64,000 bases of DNA. It comes from Paragordius varius (Eukaryota; Animalia; Nematomorpha). The notes below the pieces were generated by a model that was given only the letters and a program-made list of their open reading frames with translations, did not search any database and was not told the origin of the DNA. Below, piece by piece: positions 38,601-51,800 of the stretch. Position 1 is the stretch's first letter; the number at the start of each line of letters is the position of its first letter. The stretch lies in assembly GCA_964247055.1 (NCBI GenBank), contig OZ176052.1, positions 12,400,001 through 12,464,000 on the forward strand, in the 5' to 3' direction. Both the position numbers and the translations under genes were made by a program.

Positions 38601-41027
38601 TAGAACCGTTATAATCTGTATTTGCCCATAAATATATACTACATACTTAACAATTAATATGGATAAATCGGCATCGGGATATTGAAAGCGTTTATATTCT
38701 TGCAAATCGTCCAACATGTATTCTGGATATCGCGCATAAATTCGATTTCTCTATTTATTAAATTTATTACATGTAACAATGACTAGGAATAAATTTTTGT
38801 GCTTCATTTAATATGAAATCGGCCCTTAATATTTTGTCATATAAAAAAAATTAAGACGGAAAAATGGATAAAAATGTAAACGGAGCTAATCTTATCGATG
38901 ATAGTAGTCAAAAGTCCATCAGATCGGATTGGGGTTTTAGCTTGTAATATGTTTAATAATATAGAGTTGAGTATATTGGTATTTCCTTATTCAATATTTC
39001 CAAATATATACAGCAAAGAAAATCATTATTAGTTAATTTAAAGAAAATATACCATTTACACTTCAAAAGTGTCCTTGAACACTTCAAGTTGGTCCTTAAA
39101 ATTTATAAATTTTGATTTAACCATAAATTTAGCATGTTTTTTTATTTTATTATTTTTTAACCTAATTTTCTATATTTATAATATACTAGCGTAAATCTCG
39201 TGTTGCTAAGCAGCCCGAGGAAGTCGTTCGGACTTCTGGGGGGGAGGGTAGCATTTTTAATTTTATAAGCAATTTTATTATGCGGCACGAAGTTTTAAAA
39301 TGATTCACATAGTCTCATAAGTTTTCTGAAATTCCAAAGGTATGCTGTATCGATATTATGGCGCAGTTGTAGGCGGGTAACCCATTACCCAGAGGCCAAT
39401 ATAAAAATGTAGTTAGATGAAAAATTGCCTTTATACCTGAAAACAGCGTTCATTCCTAATAGTTTATGGAAGAATGGCTTCCAAACTAAATAATAGTTCA
39501 AGATAGCGCGTTTTTTAGGGAGTAAAGGGTCTATTTAACGGCTAATTCAAAAAATCCGCTCGACAATAATTTTTGACTTTATACGGGTAATACTTTAAGC
39601 AGCTATTGAACTCATATGGCCTGATAGGTTTTCTGAAATTTAGCCCCAAAAGCACGCTATTTCGATATGACGGGTCAGTTTTTAGTGGGTAGCTCCTTAC
39701 TCAGCAGCTATCATCAAAGAAACGCTTGACTAAAATTTTTACCTTTTAACAGGGAATACATGGAATCCTTATTTAATTTTTACGGTCTTAAACCTTGGGC
39801 GAAAAATAGATTCAAAAAATATTTTTGTGGACTTTGTTTTTTGAAAATGGCATTTTACGGGAGGAGCGGGTAAAAAGAGGGCCTAAATTAAAAAAGCGAG
39901 ACGACTATGTTCGGCGCAATCGAAAATAACTAAACAAAAATCATATTTGAAATTGAATGGTCCAACACGTTCTCCGGAAAATTGTCTCAAAGACACGATT
40001 TTTGTGGACTTCTGTTTTCAAAAAAACCCATTTTTACACGGGGTGGGCCAGAACTGGGGTAATTCAAAAAAAGGGCGAAGCTATTGTCGGGGCATTCATT
40101 AATGATTATATTTTTTCGATATTTGGATTGAATGGGTCTACCTTTTCAGGTAGCAGATCACAAAGCCAGCATTTTCCATTTTTATAATTATATAGATTTA
40201 TTTATTTATTTAAATAGAAAAAATTTTATTCAAAATCACTTTTTTATTTCAAACTAACTTTACAAAATTATTAACTTTTAAATGTTTTTAATGAAAAATT
40301 TATATAATAATCCAGAAAACTTAAATATTTTTTAATTAGGTGTTAATCTTATGAATATCCAAAATTATTTAAAGAAATTAATGAAGATATACGGTTTCTC
40401 AATGATTAAAAGTTGTTATTGATAGAAAATTTATGTTAAATAATAGAAAATAGGTTAAAACGATAAAATAGATGATACGATTTGATTGGTAAAAGTTAAA
40501 AACAAAACAAAATAGGCAAACGACCAACTTGAAATGTTCAAGGACCAACTTGAAATGTTCAAGGATCGACTTGAAGTGTTCAAGGACACTAAGTGCAAAT
40601 GGTATAGTAAAAAGAGTAACTTTACAATATAACTCCTTGCGGTGTGATATTTGCCAATAATTATTAAAATCTAGCTATATACATATTTACTCATACTGTA
40701 CGTAACAACGCTAATCCTCTTTTATATCATAATAAATTTATTTACTGGGTAATAGAGAATATCTATCAAACCGATTTGTATTGTCACATTCAGGTCGAGG
40801 TTGTGCAAAATATGATTTACCTAAACAAAATTTATTTAAGTATATTAACCAAAAAAAGAGTTAACAAACTTTTCATTTTTTTTCTACCTGACTCAGTAAT
40901 AAAAGAAGTAATCGTTTCTCAAATGAATAATTTTGTCGAGTGATATGGACCAATGTTTCTATTGTTAAAATGCGTTTCAAGTTACGTCGCGTAACCTTTG
41001 TCCTGTTTATTTTTTGCAAAGAAGTCA
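35669..41027 (-). CDS. Minimal ADAMTS-like metalloprotease (M12B + disintegrin-like + one TSP1); 5' prodomain exons not resolved
   Basis: Ten exons read: ..ILTIETLV..|VNHILHNLDLNVTIQI..YYP|..YPDADLSILIVK|..|..GYS..LC..SAMVVLDEGFDTAITIAHELGHL|MNVKHD..GLMHY..WSNCS..|..C..LPGY..FDQQC..|..C..LVC..EGTPC..|ICFRGVC..GWGAWGSWEPC..RRRKC|..FCIG..QRRRC..*. Confidence 0.85.
39009..40644. mobile_element. Degenerate CAC-terminated (CMC-like) element with 21-bp subterminal repeats, split by a Helitron
   Basis: Imperfect TIR TACAGCAAAG / CTTGCGGTG; inverted subterminal arrays at 39050-39105 and 40522-40605 (unit CAAGGACCAACTTGAAATGTT). Confidence 0.55.
39186..40196 (-). mobile_element. Non-autonomous Helitron (1011 bp)
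   Basis: Minus strand A|TCTATATAATTATAAAAATGG...; 3' hairpin CGGGCTGCTTAGCAACACG followed by ..CGCTAG|T; 5' ~690 bp homologous to the 25443 copy. Confidence 0.82.
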
Positions 41028-41231
41028 CTAATTTTATGACGAAAAAATATTTAAAATAATATTTTTGGATAAAACTTAAAATACATAAAAATTGAAATTA
41101 CACGGACAAACGTAAAAATATAAAGACAAATATTTTTTTAAAAAACAATGATAGTTTTTAAATCTTGATTTTTTCTAATTATAACTCATTGTTACTACAA
41201 AGTATGAAATAGATATGTTATAATTTAATTA

Positions 41232-42218
41232 CATTAGACAACAAATTTTGACTTTTTTAGGTGACAATCTTGTAAATTTAAAATTAATTTCAACGTATAT
41301 GAATAGTGTAAAACTTAAGAATTTTTTATTATTAGGGTTTTTCGAAAGTTTTTGGCCCCAATTTAACGTTAAATTCGAAATTTTCAAAATTAAAAGTTTT
41401 AGACATAGGGCCATAAATTTTTATCATTCGAAAGAGGGCGAAAAACTAATTTTTTTAAATGGTAGTTAGTCATTTAATCAATCTAATGTTAGTCTTTATA
41501 TGGTCAAAATTTTATCACTTAAATAATTCAAAAATTTTTACAGAAAAACTAATTTAAAATTAATATAAATTATTTTAATATAATTGGATTTACAATAAAA
41601 TATATATATATATCTTTGAAAAGGCTTATATCCTGCTTTGTATATAAAAATTATCTTTATCAAAATTATTATACTTAGTGGATAAATGCATATTTATAAT
41701 TTTAAATTTATATTATAATTGCTAAAAAGATCAGTCTTTTTTTGAAATCATAAGCCTCTTAAAGAAAATATAACATGAGATGATAATTTTTTAAAAAACA
41801 AAAAACTTAAAAATGGCTGTTTTGAATGGCATAAAATAAATAAAAATGTTTTAATCAAAAAAAACTTTCTTGTTATCTTTTTTGGACATTCATCGCCATC
41901 TAGACAAAGTTTTAGCTTTTTCCATCCATTAGTATTAAAAATTTATAATTGAGAAAAACGCTCTCTCTCTTCGCGCGATTGCCGCTTCCTATGTCCAATA
42001 ATTATCAATTTAAAAGATATTAGTATGCATTTTATAGTTGTTTCATTACTCTTTCGAATGATATATTACGAATGGGCATTTGTTGTATTCTAATGCAAAC
42101 ATTTTTCAGTAGATAAAGAGGTCGCTTAATCATAAAAAATTAATCATATATTTCAGAATTACTGTTATAGTAAAGAGCGGTAAGTGCAAAAAACTGGCAG
42201 AAAAATAGTTGTCAAAAT
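41232..42218. mobile_element. Second copy of the CACTAGACAACAAA (Chapaev3-like) element, degenerate
   Basis: TTA|CATTAGACAACAAATTTT; 41810-42200 is the reverse complement of 13790-14200. Confidence 0.7.
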
Positions 42219-42499
42219 AATTTATATGGATTAGATTTTGAAAAGTATGGTTGTCTTTTTAAAAAAAATATTTGTCTTTATATTTTTACGTTTTTACCTA
42301 TAATTTCAATTTCTGTATGTGTTTTTAATTAGAAATTACAGTCGACCCCAACCCATTGGATAAATATATGGCTCCATATCCGCATCAGGTCCCTTTTTAC
42401 ATAAATAAATATTAAACTATTTATTATTACTATTATTAAACATATGTTAAAATAATCTATATAATATTAAATTTTTTTAATACTTCACCTCATAGAGAA

Positions 42500-42713
42500 C
42501 AGTCAAGGCCAACAGGCGGCCCTTTAAAAATTGGAAACTAATTGCAAAAATATGCCATAATATCTAAGCAATATAGATATTAAAGAAATTAAATAAAACT
42601 AGTAAAAATTTATTGTGGTAGGATTATATATCCTTAGGTTTGAAACTTAATTTATTAATACCCATATAAATTTCAAATGCGACCCGCAAAGCCATTTGTG
42701 TTGGACACCTTTG
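42500..42713. mobile_element. hAT MITE, degenerate; related copies at 45193-~45400 and 54067-54317
   Basis: GCGGCCC motifs and the TGTGTTGGACACC terminus shared with 20907-21189. Confidence 0.6.
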
Positions 42714-43095
42714 TCATAGAGTTTAGTGCGAAGGTGTTCTTAACTTAATAATTATATTAAAAAAATAAATACTTGCTAAAAAGTGGGAAAAGTGAAGGAT
42801 CATCAGCTTAAGCTAATTATAAGCGTTATTTATTATAGAGCTCACAATAAAAGGGAAAGGACTCATTACAAAGGAAGAAGTCACTGCAATTTAAACCAAC
42901 GAATATTTTATATAGTTAAAATATTACGTTTTATGCAATGCTCAAAGCCATTAAATTTATAAGTATAAATGAGAGATCCATTGGCTATTTTTGAAACGAT
43001 GGTTCGTTGTTTTGAGAATTCATCATTAAAAAATGCTTGCAAAAGCGCATCATTGGTCTACGCAATATATATATATATATATATATAAATTTAAA

Positions 43096-44186
43096 CCAGG
43101 TGAATTTATAATTTTTTCCGGTTTTTTTGGTAAAATATGTAATTTTGAAAGAAATAACAAAATATTTAATTCAAAGCATGAGCATCGGCTAATACATTTC
43201 GCTCATCTCTCAGGAAATATATAAATGCCATGCCAGAAAAACTGATTCACTTTTGTGGCAAACTATCCAACGTTTTCCAAATTATTGAAGTGGTGCTATG
43301 CGAGCTAGCCCCAATAATGCGAAGTTGTATTAGTCATGGCGCCAAGTTAGGAGAGTTCAGCGGATGCGAAAAAAGTTCGTATGCAAGCGAATTTAAAACT
43401 GGTTGCAATGTTTCAGATGAAACAAGTAGCAAATCACTTTATCATGTTTTTTTCAATTAATGCATGATTATACTTAGGTATATGCTGGAAATAGTGTTGT
43501 GTATGTATTAAAAGTTAATAATACACAATACCGCTTAGGTTCCCCTCGAGAGAGCATGGTTTTTGCCAAGCGTGGCCTTTTTGTAGAAACGGCCTGCAGG
43601 CGAGTGCCACTATTTTTCCGCTTTGGATTAAACCTCTACTTATCACCATAACCCGATGCGCAATTTTCCTGACATTAAAGCAGGATTACACAAGTCACAT
43701 TGCGATTTTCGATTTACATTCATTACAAATGTTTAGAACCCATTCACCGAGTTTTTTGCTTATTGATGGCAGACATCTTTTATTGTTTATTGTGATACAT
43801 GTATCTGCAAATTAGCGTTGAACTTCATTTGGGTCATCAACCAATAACTCTTGCACTTTATCGTCTTAGCAATTAGGCAATCTAACATAGCGCCTTAAAA
43901 TGAAATCATATTTTTAATATTCCGAAACCATGTTTCATGTGTTAGCTGAGCATATTCACCATACTGCCAGCAAACGATAACTTTCAACAGCTTATTTGAA
44001 GACAAGGTGTGAAATATTTTTTTAGGTACATTTGACATGATTAATGAATGCCAACTAGTTTTTGGTCAAATACTAGATTTGTCGTTTATTGTTAGATAAA
44101 AAGATGAGATTTGTATAAAATTAATCGTCTGCGTACTTTTCAATGGCCTTCTTAGTTAAACCGGTTATAAATTATGAATACACCAC
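43096..44186 (-). mobile_element. Fossil mariner transposon (transposase pseudogene)
   Basis: Minus-strand remnants KKLGEWV (WVPH motif), RI..GDK..F.NPKRK, HPLNSPNLAP (YSPDLAP), FFWHGIYIFPER; imperfect ~26-bp TIRs (CCAGGTG.. / ..CACC); flanked by (TA)n. Confidence 0.8.
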
Positions 44187-45432
44187 ATATAAATATATAT
44201 ATATATATATATACCAGCGGAATAGGATGAAATTCCAACAAAATAAAATAACTTCTATTATTTGCTATTATGGTGCCATCATACATATTGTTTTCAAGTT
44301 TAATCTATAAAATATATATAATTTATATCCATTTTACGAAACAGACCATAATTTTGAGTCAAATTTAATTAGTTTTTTTTTGAACAGTGGTACTTAAATC
44401 CCGGTCCTAAAAGTACCTTTTTTGTGGCCCTGAATTATATTTTAAATTTTTTGATGCACTTATTTTGTTGAATATCTGCAAATGTGTCAAACATATGAAA
44501 TTTTATCGATAATATATTTAAAATATTTTGATAATGATAAAAAATTAGAATAATGTGCTGCTAAAAGTTTTGATTTTTTTGAACAAATATTGGTGTAACT
44601 AATAGAAAACAAAAAAAAATTTGTACTAATTTATACATCTATTGCAATATTATAATTTTAGACCCAATGATTTTTTCATATTAAAGTCGTACTTAACCCC
44701 TACTTAAATTAATATACCAATTCTTCTTGATCTCTCCGCGAATATGTGGATTGCAGAAGTATGGGATTGGATTTTTTGGCATTTATTATTAAATCAGATT
44801 GGGAGTCTAATTTGTGACAAAACTCGAATTGTATTATGTATTGTTGAGCAAACACATTGGTCATTATAAGATGAACCCCTATAATTATATCATAAATAAC
44901 GCCATGTTTTCGTAAAAATTGGTTTTACAGTGAACAAAACATATAATTCAAGGTAACATTTATTAAAAAGAAACCATACTGATCCTATTTTTTTCTTATA
45001 TATTATATGTGATAAATCAAACACAAATTCGGTAAATTATAAATTATATTATTTAAGACCCTAAAAAATAGGGTTAATTAAAAATCAAAATTAAAAAAAT
45101 CTTTCTTTAGATAAATATTAATGAATCTTTTACTTTTGATGCTTAGTCTTTATGATTGCATTTTTTACTGTGCTTATCGGTATTGCATAGATCAGGGTCC
45201 AACCGGCGAATGGGCCGAATGCGGCCTTTCTAAACTCTTTGTGCGGCCCTCGAAAAATTTCGAAATATTAAAAAATACTCTAACAAAATCTTAGTAAAAT
45301 TGATTTACAAAAATCTATCCAAAAGACAACAAACTAAAAAAATTGTATTATGTTTTTATTTTACATTCTTATGTTTGAAACCTAATAAATCCTGGCATAT
45401 TCAATAACATAATGCAAAAAAAAATTCTGATA

Positions 45433-45471
<39 letters not shown>

Positions 45472-46559
45472 AAATATCCATGGTTTGGGATTAAAAGTAA
45501 TAAATTATTTGGACCTTTGTGGTATTTCTTCGTATCGAAAAATCGTTAAATTAACACATATTAAATAAAATTGTTAAACTAATTCCAAAAAAATGCACTT
45601 AATTATCATATTTGAAACCAAAATATTATTTATATTAAAATTCAGACGTAGGCTCCGAAATTCGATTTTATTCAAAATTGGCCAGTTCAAATAAATGCAA
45701 TGCCGAAATCGAGTGATTTTTAATATGTGCTAAATTTAATCAATTTTTTTAAAAAATGCCTTTTTTCCAAAATTTAAATTTTGAATATTCTACGCGTACA
45801 ACGGTGTATAGTTTTCTTAAAAAAAATTGTATAATTCGAATGCCTAAACTATCTCAAAATTCTAATTTAAAAATTAGTCAGATTTCAAATTAAGCTTAAA
45901 CTATGTTTTTTAAAATATTACCCAAATTTGAAAGCGAATCACTCTTTTAATCATTACATGTGATAGAAATGTTCATTATCGTATAATAAAACTTTTGTTT
46001 TTATAATCTATTTAAACATTTGTGTACCTTTTCCATCATTTCTCAAAATAGTATGAAATACGCTTTAAAAAAATTTTTGAAAATTTAAATTTTGAAGAAA
46101 TTATACATTTTTTTAAATATATCTTTGATGTAATCTCACATATATTATATATTGTTTTCACTTTTCAGCATTTAGCGATTATTTTAAGAAAATAGCCAAT
46201 TTTGAACCAATAATTTGCCACTTTTGAAGCCCTTTTCGTTTGATATGAATATTTTGCCTTTTGAACTCATGATATAATTAAGTGAATTTCCGAATGAAGG
46301 ATTAAGCTTTGACTAAAAAAATTTATATAATATAATGTGCTCTAATTGACCATTTTTCGATATAGAGAAGCAACTACCACATACCAAATATTTTCATATC
46401 ACTACTATCATTAAAACCGGAAGCATCATAAGAATCCTGAGAATATATATGTAATCAGGATTATTAGTAAAGTAATATTTTTTGATCAAGCCATTCTTAT
46501 GTTATGAGACAGGAAAACAATAGACTAGTTTATAAGCTCAAAACATTTTATAATATGAT

Positions 46560-47330
46560 TTAGCTTATTTTATTACAAAATGAACCAATTAATAAGCGTT
46601 TTCAAAAGATTTTAGTTTGCAAGTAAAAGAGTATCTTGAGCTCTATAAAACCTTATAATTACCTAATATCGTATGAATAAATTTGATAAACATTTCGTGC
46701 GGGTAAAATCAAATTAACAAGAAAAATATGTATCCATGATCAATTTACTAACAAAAATTTTGATTATTTTTTTCGAGGTTATAGCCGTTTCATATCACAT
46801 AACAGCTTATTTATAATTACTATAAACATATGTTTTAATAGATATCTTTAAGCTGACAAGGCATTTATAATCAAAGGTTGTAGATTAATCCTATAAATCA
46901 ATTAAGATAACGATTGCTAAAAATTGACCAGGTTTATCTGCTTTATTTTTAGCTTTGATAATTGCCTACCTTTCCTCAAGTTGTCCGATAACAGTCTCAG
47001 ATAAGAAATTCATTAATTATTTATTGTTTACCTATTTATTACCCCAGTGCTTAAAGTTATCTCAAAAAAATTTAGCATTGGGTGAAATTTAAAGTATGCT
47101 TTCTGTAGCCTTTGGTAGCATAATACAATTTTCAAGTTTAGTGATATTTTGGGGTTAGTGTTTGACAGTTTTTAATGTAAACTTCTCTTTTAAAAGTTGT
47201 TTTGGTTAAAATCATATTAAAAATTGTTTTCCTATATAAAAAACTTTAATTTTTGTTTTTTATTATTAACACCATTTAAACGAACTGCTGATATTAAAAT
47301 CAGTAATCAAGTGTTTGCTGGTAAAATAAT
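46560..47330 (-). pseudogene. Possible heavily decayed CR1/L2-like RT fragment
   Basis: Scattered motif-like remnants (KGYRKAY ~ GFRK; VILIDL..TFD ~ LIDLSKAFD) with many stops. Confidence 0.3.
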
Positions 47331-48101
47331 ATAGGAAAGCTTGATAAAGTTAATTTTGCTAACCATAATATACATTTATTTGTATGTTGCATTAGCGATA
47401 GAAATGGCAGCGCAAAGGTTTGAGATTATTTTACATTTTTAGGTTTGGACAATGTTTTTGTATCATGCATCACGGCTAAAGCATAGTTAAAATTTGGTCC
47501 AATACTCATAACATTTTTTAAGTTTTTAAATTTTAAATTAAAAGTATTACAAAAGTGGGGGTATTACAGTCGCAGTTTTTTTCTGAAAACTCAGTACTGT
47601 ACTTCGAAAAACAGCCTATACCTAGACCATAAAGCTGGCTAAAGCAAATTTGACTAAAATATTATTTTAAAAATATGCGTTTAATAATTTGGATGCCTCG
47701 CATATATTATCGAAATGTTGGCTATTTGTGTTAATTAAAAAAACTAGTCTATATATTTAACTATGTGAATCCACGGAGATCATATAGTAAATTAAAATTT
47801 GACATAAATTTTTTTACATTTACATTTTATATATTTTTTTATAAATGACTAAAATAAATCAACACCATAAAAACGAAAATCTCAATTATTAGAATATATT
47901 GTATCGAGTTATATTTGTGAATTGCATTGATTTTTTTGTTTCCAATTAAAATCAGACAGCTTTTGTGCAGCTCTAAATAGTTTGTTATGCGATACAGTAA
48001 CAAGCATTATTTCGGCCATATCTGTATTTTTAATGGCTAAAAGGGCGTTTTATTTATTTTGTGCTCACATGTATGAGATTTTTATTTTATTTATATTTTA
48101 A

Positions 48102-48518
48102 CATTTGGTTTCGAATTGGGGTATCTAAATACCCCAGAGTGTTTAATAGGTATTTTTATAATCTACTGAAGGAAACGGTCCCATAAATTTATGCTTCTAT
48201 CCTAATAAAAATTATATAATAAGCCAAAATATCTAAATAAAATTTTGTTTTGTAAAAAAATTCCCTGTCAAACTACTTTGACGCCATTTTTATTTTACAA
48301 AATTTTTGCAAAATATCGTCTTCATTTAATTTTAAGTTAGCTTAAATTAATTAATATTTTGAATAAAATTTATATATATTTCGGTTTATTAATGTTTTAT
48401 ATGTGCAAAATTTTGCCATGGTTTCGATTCCTTCCATATTTTTTTGAGAATTTATGTGGGGTATCTAACTACCCCAATTTGAATAGAAGGACTGAAATGA
48501 CTGTGTTGTATCCAAGTG
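48102..48518. mobile_element. piggyBac-like MITE
   Basis: TTAA|CATTTGG...CCAAGTG|TTAT; homologous to 50422-50953. Confidence 0.7.
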
Positions 48519-48831
48519 TTATATTGAACACTGTATTTTTTTCCATACATTTCAAAAATGTAACTAATAAAAACAAATTTCATACATGGTAACAGACATG
48601 TAATTGATATTTTTTAACCATTTAAGCTACAGATATGGCAGTAGTTCTCTGGTTACTGCATTCCAAAGTTTAAGTGCATAAATATATTGACAAAATTGTA
48701 ATCAACAATAAACAAGGATAAAAACTAAATATCAATTCCATAAAGAAAGTTCATTGTAATTATTTTTTGCAAGGTTGCTTTAGTAAAAATAATTAATTCA
48801 AATTAATGAAATTTTATCTTAACAAAATTAA

Positions 48832-51800
48832 ATGAATATCATATATTATGCTTTAATATTCATGGGCTTTCCAAGTAACCATTTTTCTTTTTGCTCAATT
48901 TAGGCCAAGAATTAAGCTATAGTTTATTTTTCCTTAAATTAAAAAATAAATTTCAGTGTTGTGTTTAAAATGAAATTTAACAGCAGGTTTGAACGCAAAA
49001 ATAATCCTTGTTCTCAAGGACAGTGCAAACCAAAGTTATGAAATCTCATTGGACAAATACCCAAGCTCTCTGGCAAAAAAACACAATCTACCATTTTTTA
49101 TGGATTCTACAGTCAAAAATATGCATTTCGGTATTTGGAAGTCGTTTTTTGGAGAAAATGAAATAATTGCAGAATATTGCGATAATTTAGTTATTATATT
49201 TTGGCTATTTTATTATATTTGATAGATGCCATAAAGTTTAGTGAATTTCGATTCAAACCTGTAGTCATATAAATAAAATTTATTTAAAAACTCACCAGTA
49301 GTTTGCACCGTTTAAATTTACGGAGCACTGATTAAACCGCGGGGGCTATTATAATAATAGGACATAATGCGAAAAAATATATAATTCAAAATAAATTAAT
49401 TTTTAAATGGAGATATAATTTTTAATATTTTTAAGGTATTTATTTTAAAAAACTACACTTTCTCTTTTTTGATATAGAAGAAGAGGGCATAAAATAATTT
49501 AATCGATTAAGACTTATGCAAAATTAAAAGGGTATACTGCCTACTCTATAATTTGGTAGGTCTGACACTTGATAACCATTTTAACAGATAAAAATTGTTA
49601 AAATATTCAAAACATTTTTACCTTAATAATTTTTTATTTAATCGAGTTATCAATGTTGAAATTTTCGGAAAAATGTCTCGAAATGGGTTTATGATACAAA
49701 TTGCATATTTTTAAATTAGTTAATAATATCATATAATTTTGTCAGATAAACGGCTACTATGAAAATAATTGGATCAAAAGTATCAGTTCGATTTTCTACG
49801 TTAAGCAAAATCTGAAAACAAAATCTTACAATATATTTTGGGGTAGTTATAAATTTTTATGTGGATATTTTACATGCATTAATAAAAAAATTCCACCCAT
49901 ATTTAGCCAAATGCCTCTAAACCAATTACCTCATGCTTACCATGAACTTTTTCGATTTATTTTAAGGTTCTAATTTTTATCATTAATTGTAAAAATAGGT
50001 ATTTCTTAAAAATGAGGGGTTTATTCCTGAGGAATTGAGGTACTGTATGGGTTATATGGGTTTTTTTACAATTCTTATACAATTATCCATTGCAGGTGCC
50101 TCAAAAAACTGGGAGAAAAGACCCAAGAAACGAATTAAAAGAGATTTGACTGCTCCCTTCAATAGAACCTCTTTAATTATAGAATGCACAGTTCATTTAT
50201 TGAGAACGGCAAAATATACATTCCAGAATAGGATGATACTATACATTATATCACAGGTAATTTCTAAAATTTGTGCTAAAATATGCGGGAAAAATTATAA
50301 AACTTGATATTCATATTTTTGGATAAATTAATAAATAGCTACCGTTTTATAAATAAAGAGATATGCTCGATCAAAATCATGCTAAAATAAGGATATAAAA
50401 CTGAATTTGGTGGCTAATTAACACTTCGATTCCAATTGGGGTATCTAGGGACTCCAAATTATATTTAAATTGATATTATCAAAAAAACTTCGTTAAAGAA
50501 ACGGTTTAAATTTAAATTCATCCTTCTATCCTAAATTTTTTTTATCAAAAATATCTAAATAAAATTTGGTTTTGAAAAAAGTTTCTTATCAAACTACTTC
50601 GACGCCATTTTAGTTTCATATCAATTTTGCAAAGTATCGTGAATTTTTATTTGAATCACATCTAACATTGATAGAAATAGAAAAAGTGGTTTATTTTGTA
50701 TTATTTAAAATTAGTTAATGCACACATGTCATGTTGATACTAAATTTTTACCTTAAAGTTTATCCATTAAAAATAAATAGTATAAATTTTTAATGAATAC
50801 TTTTTTATATTTCGGTGCATCAATGTTATCTAAGGGCAAACTTTTGCTATGGTTTCAATTCCATATTTTTAGGAATTTCAGTTAAATCACGCCTGGGGTT
50901 CCCAAAACCCTAATTTGAATCGTAGAACTAAAATCAATGTGTTTAACCAAGTGTTAAATAAATCCCATAAAAGAAACGATTATGTTACTGTATAATGCGT
51001 ACTTTACTATATTAGGTCAATAGAATAATGTCGAATTTGGATCTCGACGTAGAAATTTCATTGCGTTTGGCGGATATTTTATATTATCCGGTTTTTATAT
51101 ATATATATAATACTTACTAAGGCATATTTAGTTGAACCGCTGTCCTATCGATACACCTTTGACGTGTTTTGTGAATACAAAAGATCTCTCTTTCCAGATA
51201 TTGATTTAGCCATTCTCATTTTGAAGTAATGCTTTTTATAATTGGTTTGTTTAGGGATTTAACTACAAGAAGATACACAAGTAAAATCATATGATTATTC
51301 TTTACATATACAATTAGTGTTGGGTTTTTGGCGCTTTTAAAAAATAATTATAACCAACTCGAAATGCAGTAATTCACGGTAATAAACAGATTAATATTCA
51401 CAATAGAAATATAGGGTAAACTGAACTAAATCAAAATATGTTGAATATATAATATAAAAATTTAAAATTAATATTTCTAGGTTTTTTCGCAGTATTTTTT
51501 TAGTTTTACCTGTAAAAAACAAACGTTGAACAACTTTTAGTTGTTTATATTTATAAGCGGTCACGTTCACCTATATCTAAAAAAATTTGGTCAGACTTAA
51601 CCCTACGCATAATAATTATAATTTATCTGCCTTATTTATAGTTGGGGGTGTCAGCCTACCAGAAAAAATATGTCATCCCTCTTACAGTGTCACAATGGTG
51701 AAGGATGATGGATTTGAAACGGCAATCAATATAGCTCATGAAATTGGCCATTTGTTAGTGCACTACCATATACATACATACCTTTTTTCATTCAAACTCA

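Noticed and set aside
40522-40605. 21-bp tandem repeats (CAAGGACCAACTTGAAATGTT), with an inverted counterpart at 39050-39105, as a possible CRISPR-like array
   Set aside because: Contiguous repeats with no unique spacers, no cas genes and a eukaryotic context; better explained as subterminal repeats of a DNA transposon.
49190-49260. Candidate 36-nt intron and prodomain exon in the plus ADAMTS gene
   Set aside because: Phases are inconsistent (the acceptor leads to ATG CCA TAA); the prodomain exon structure could not be resolved and was excluded from the tiny-intron count.
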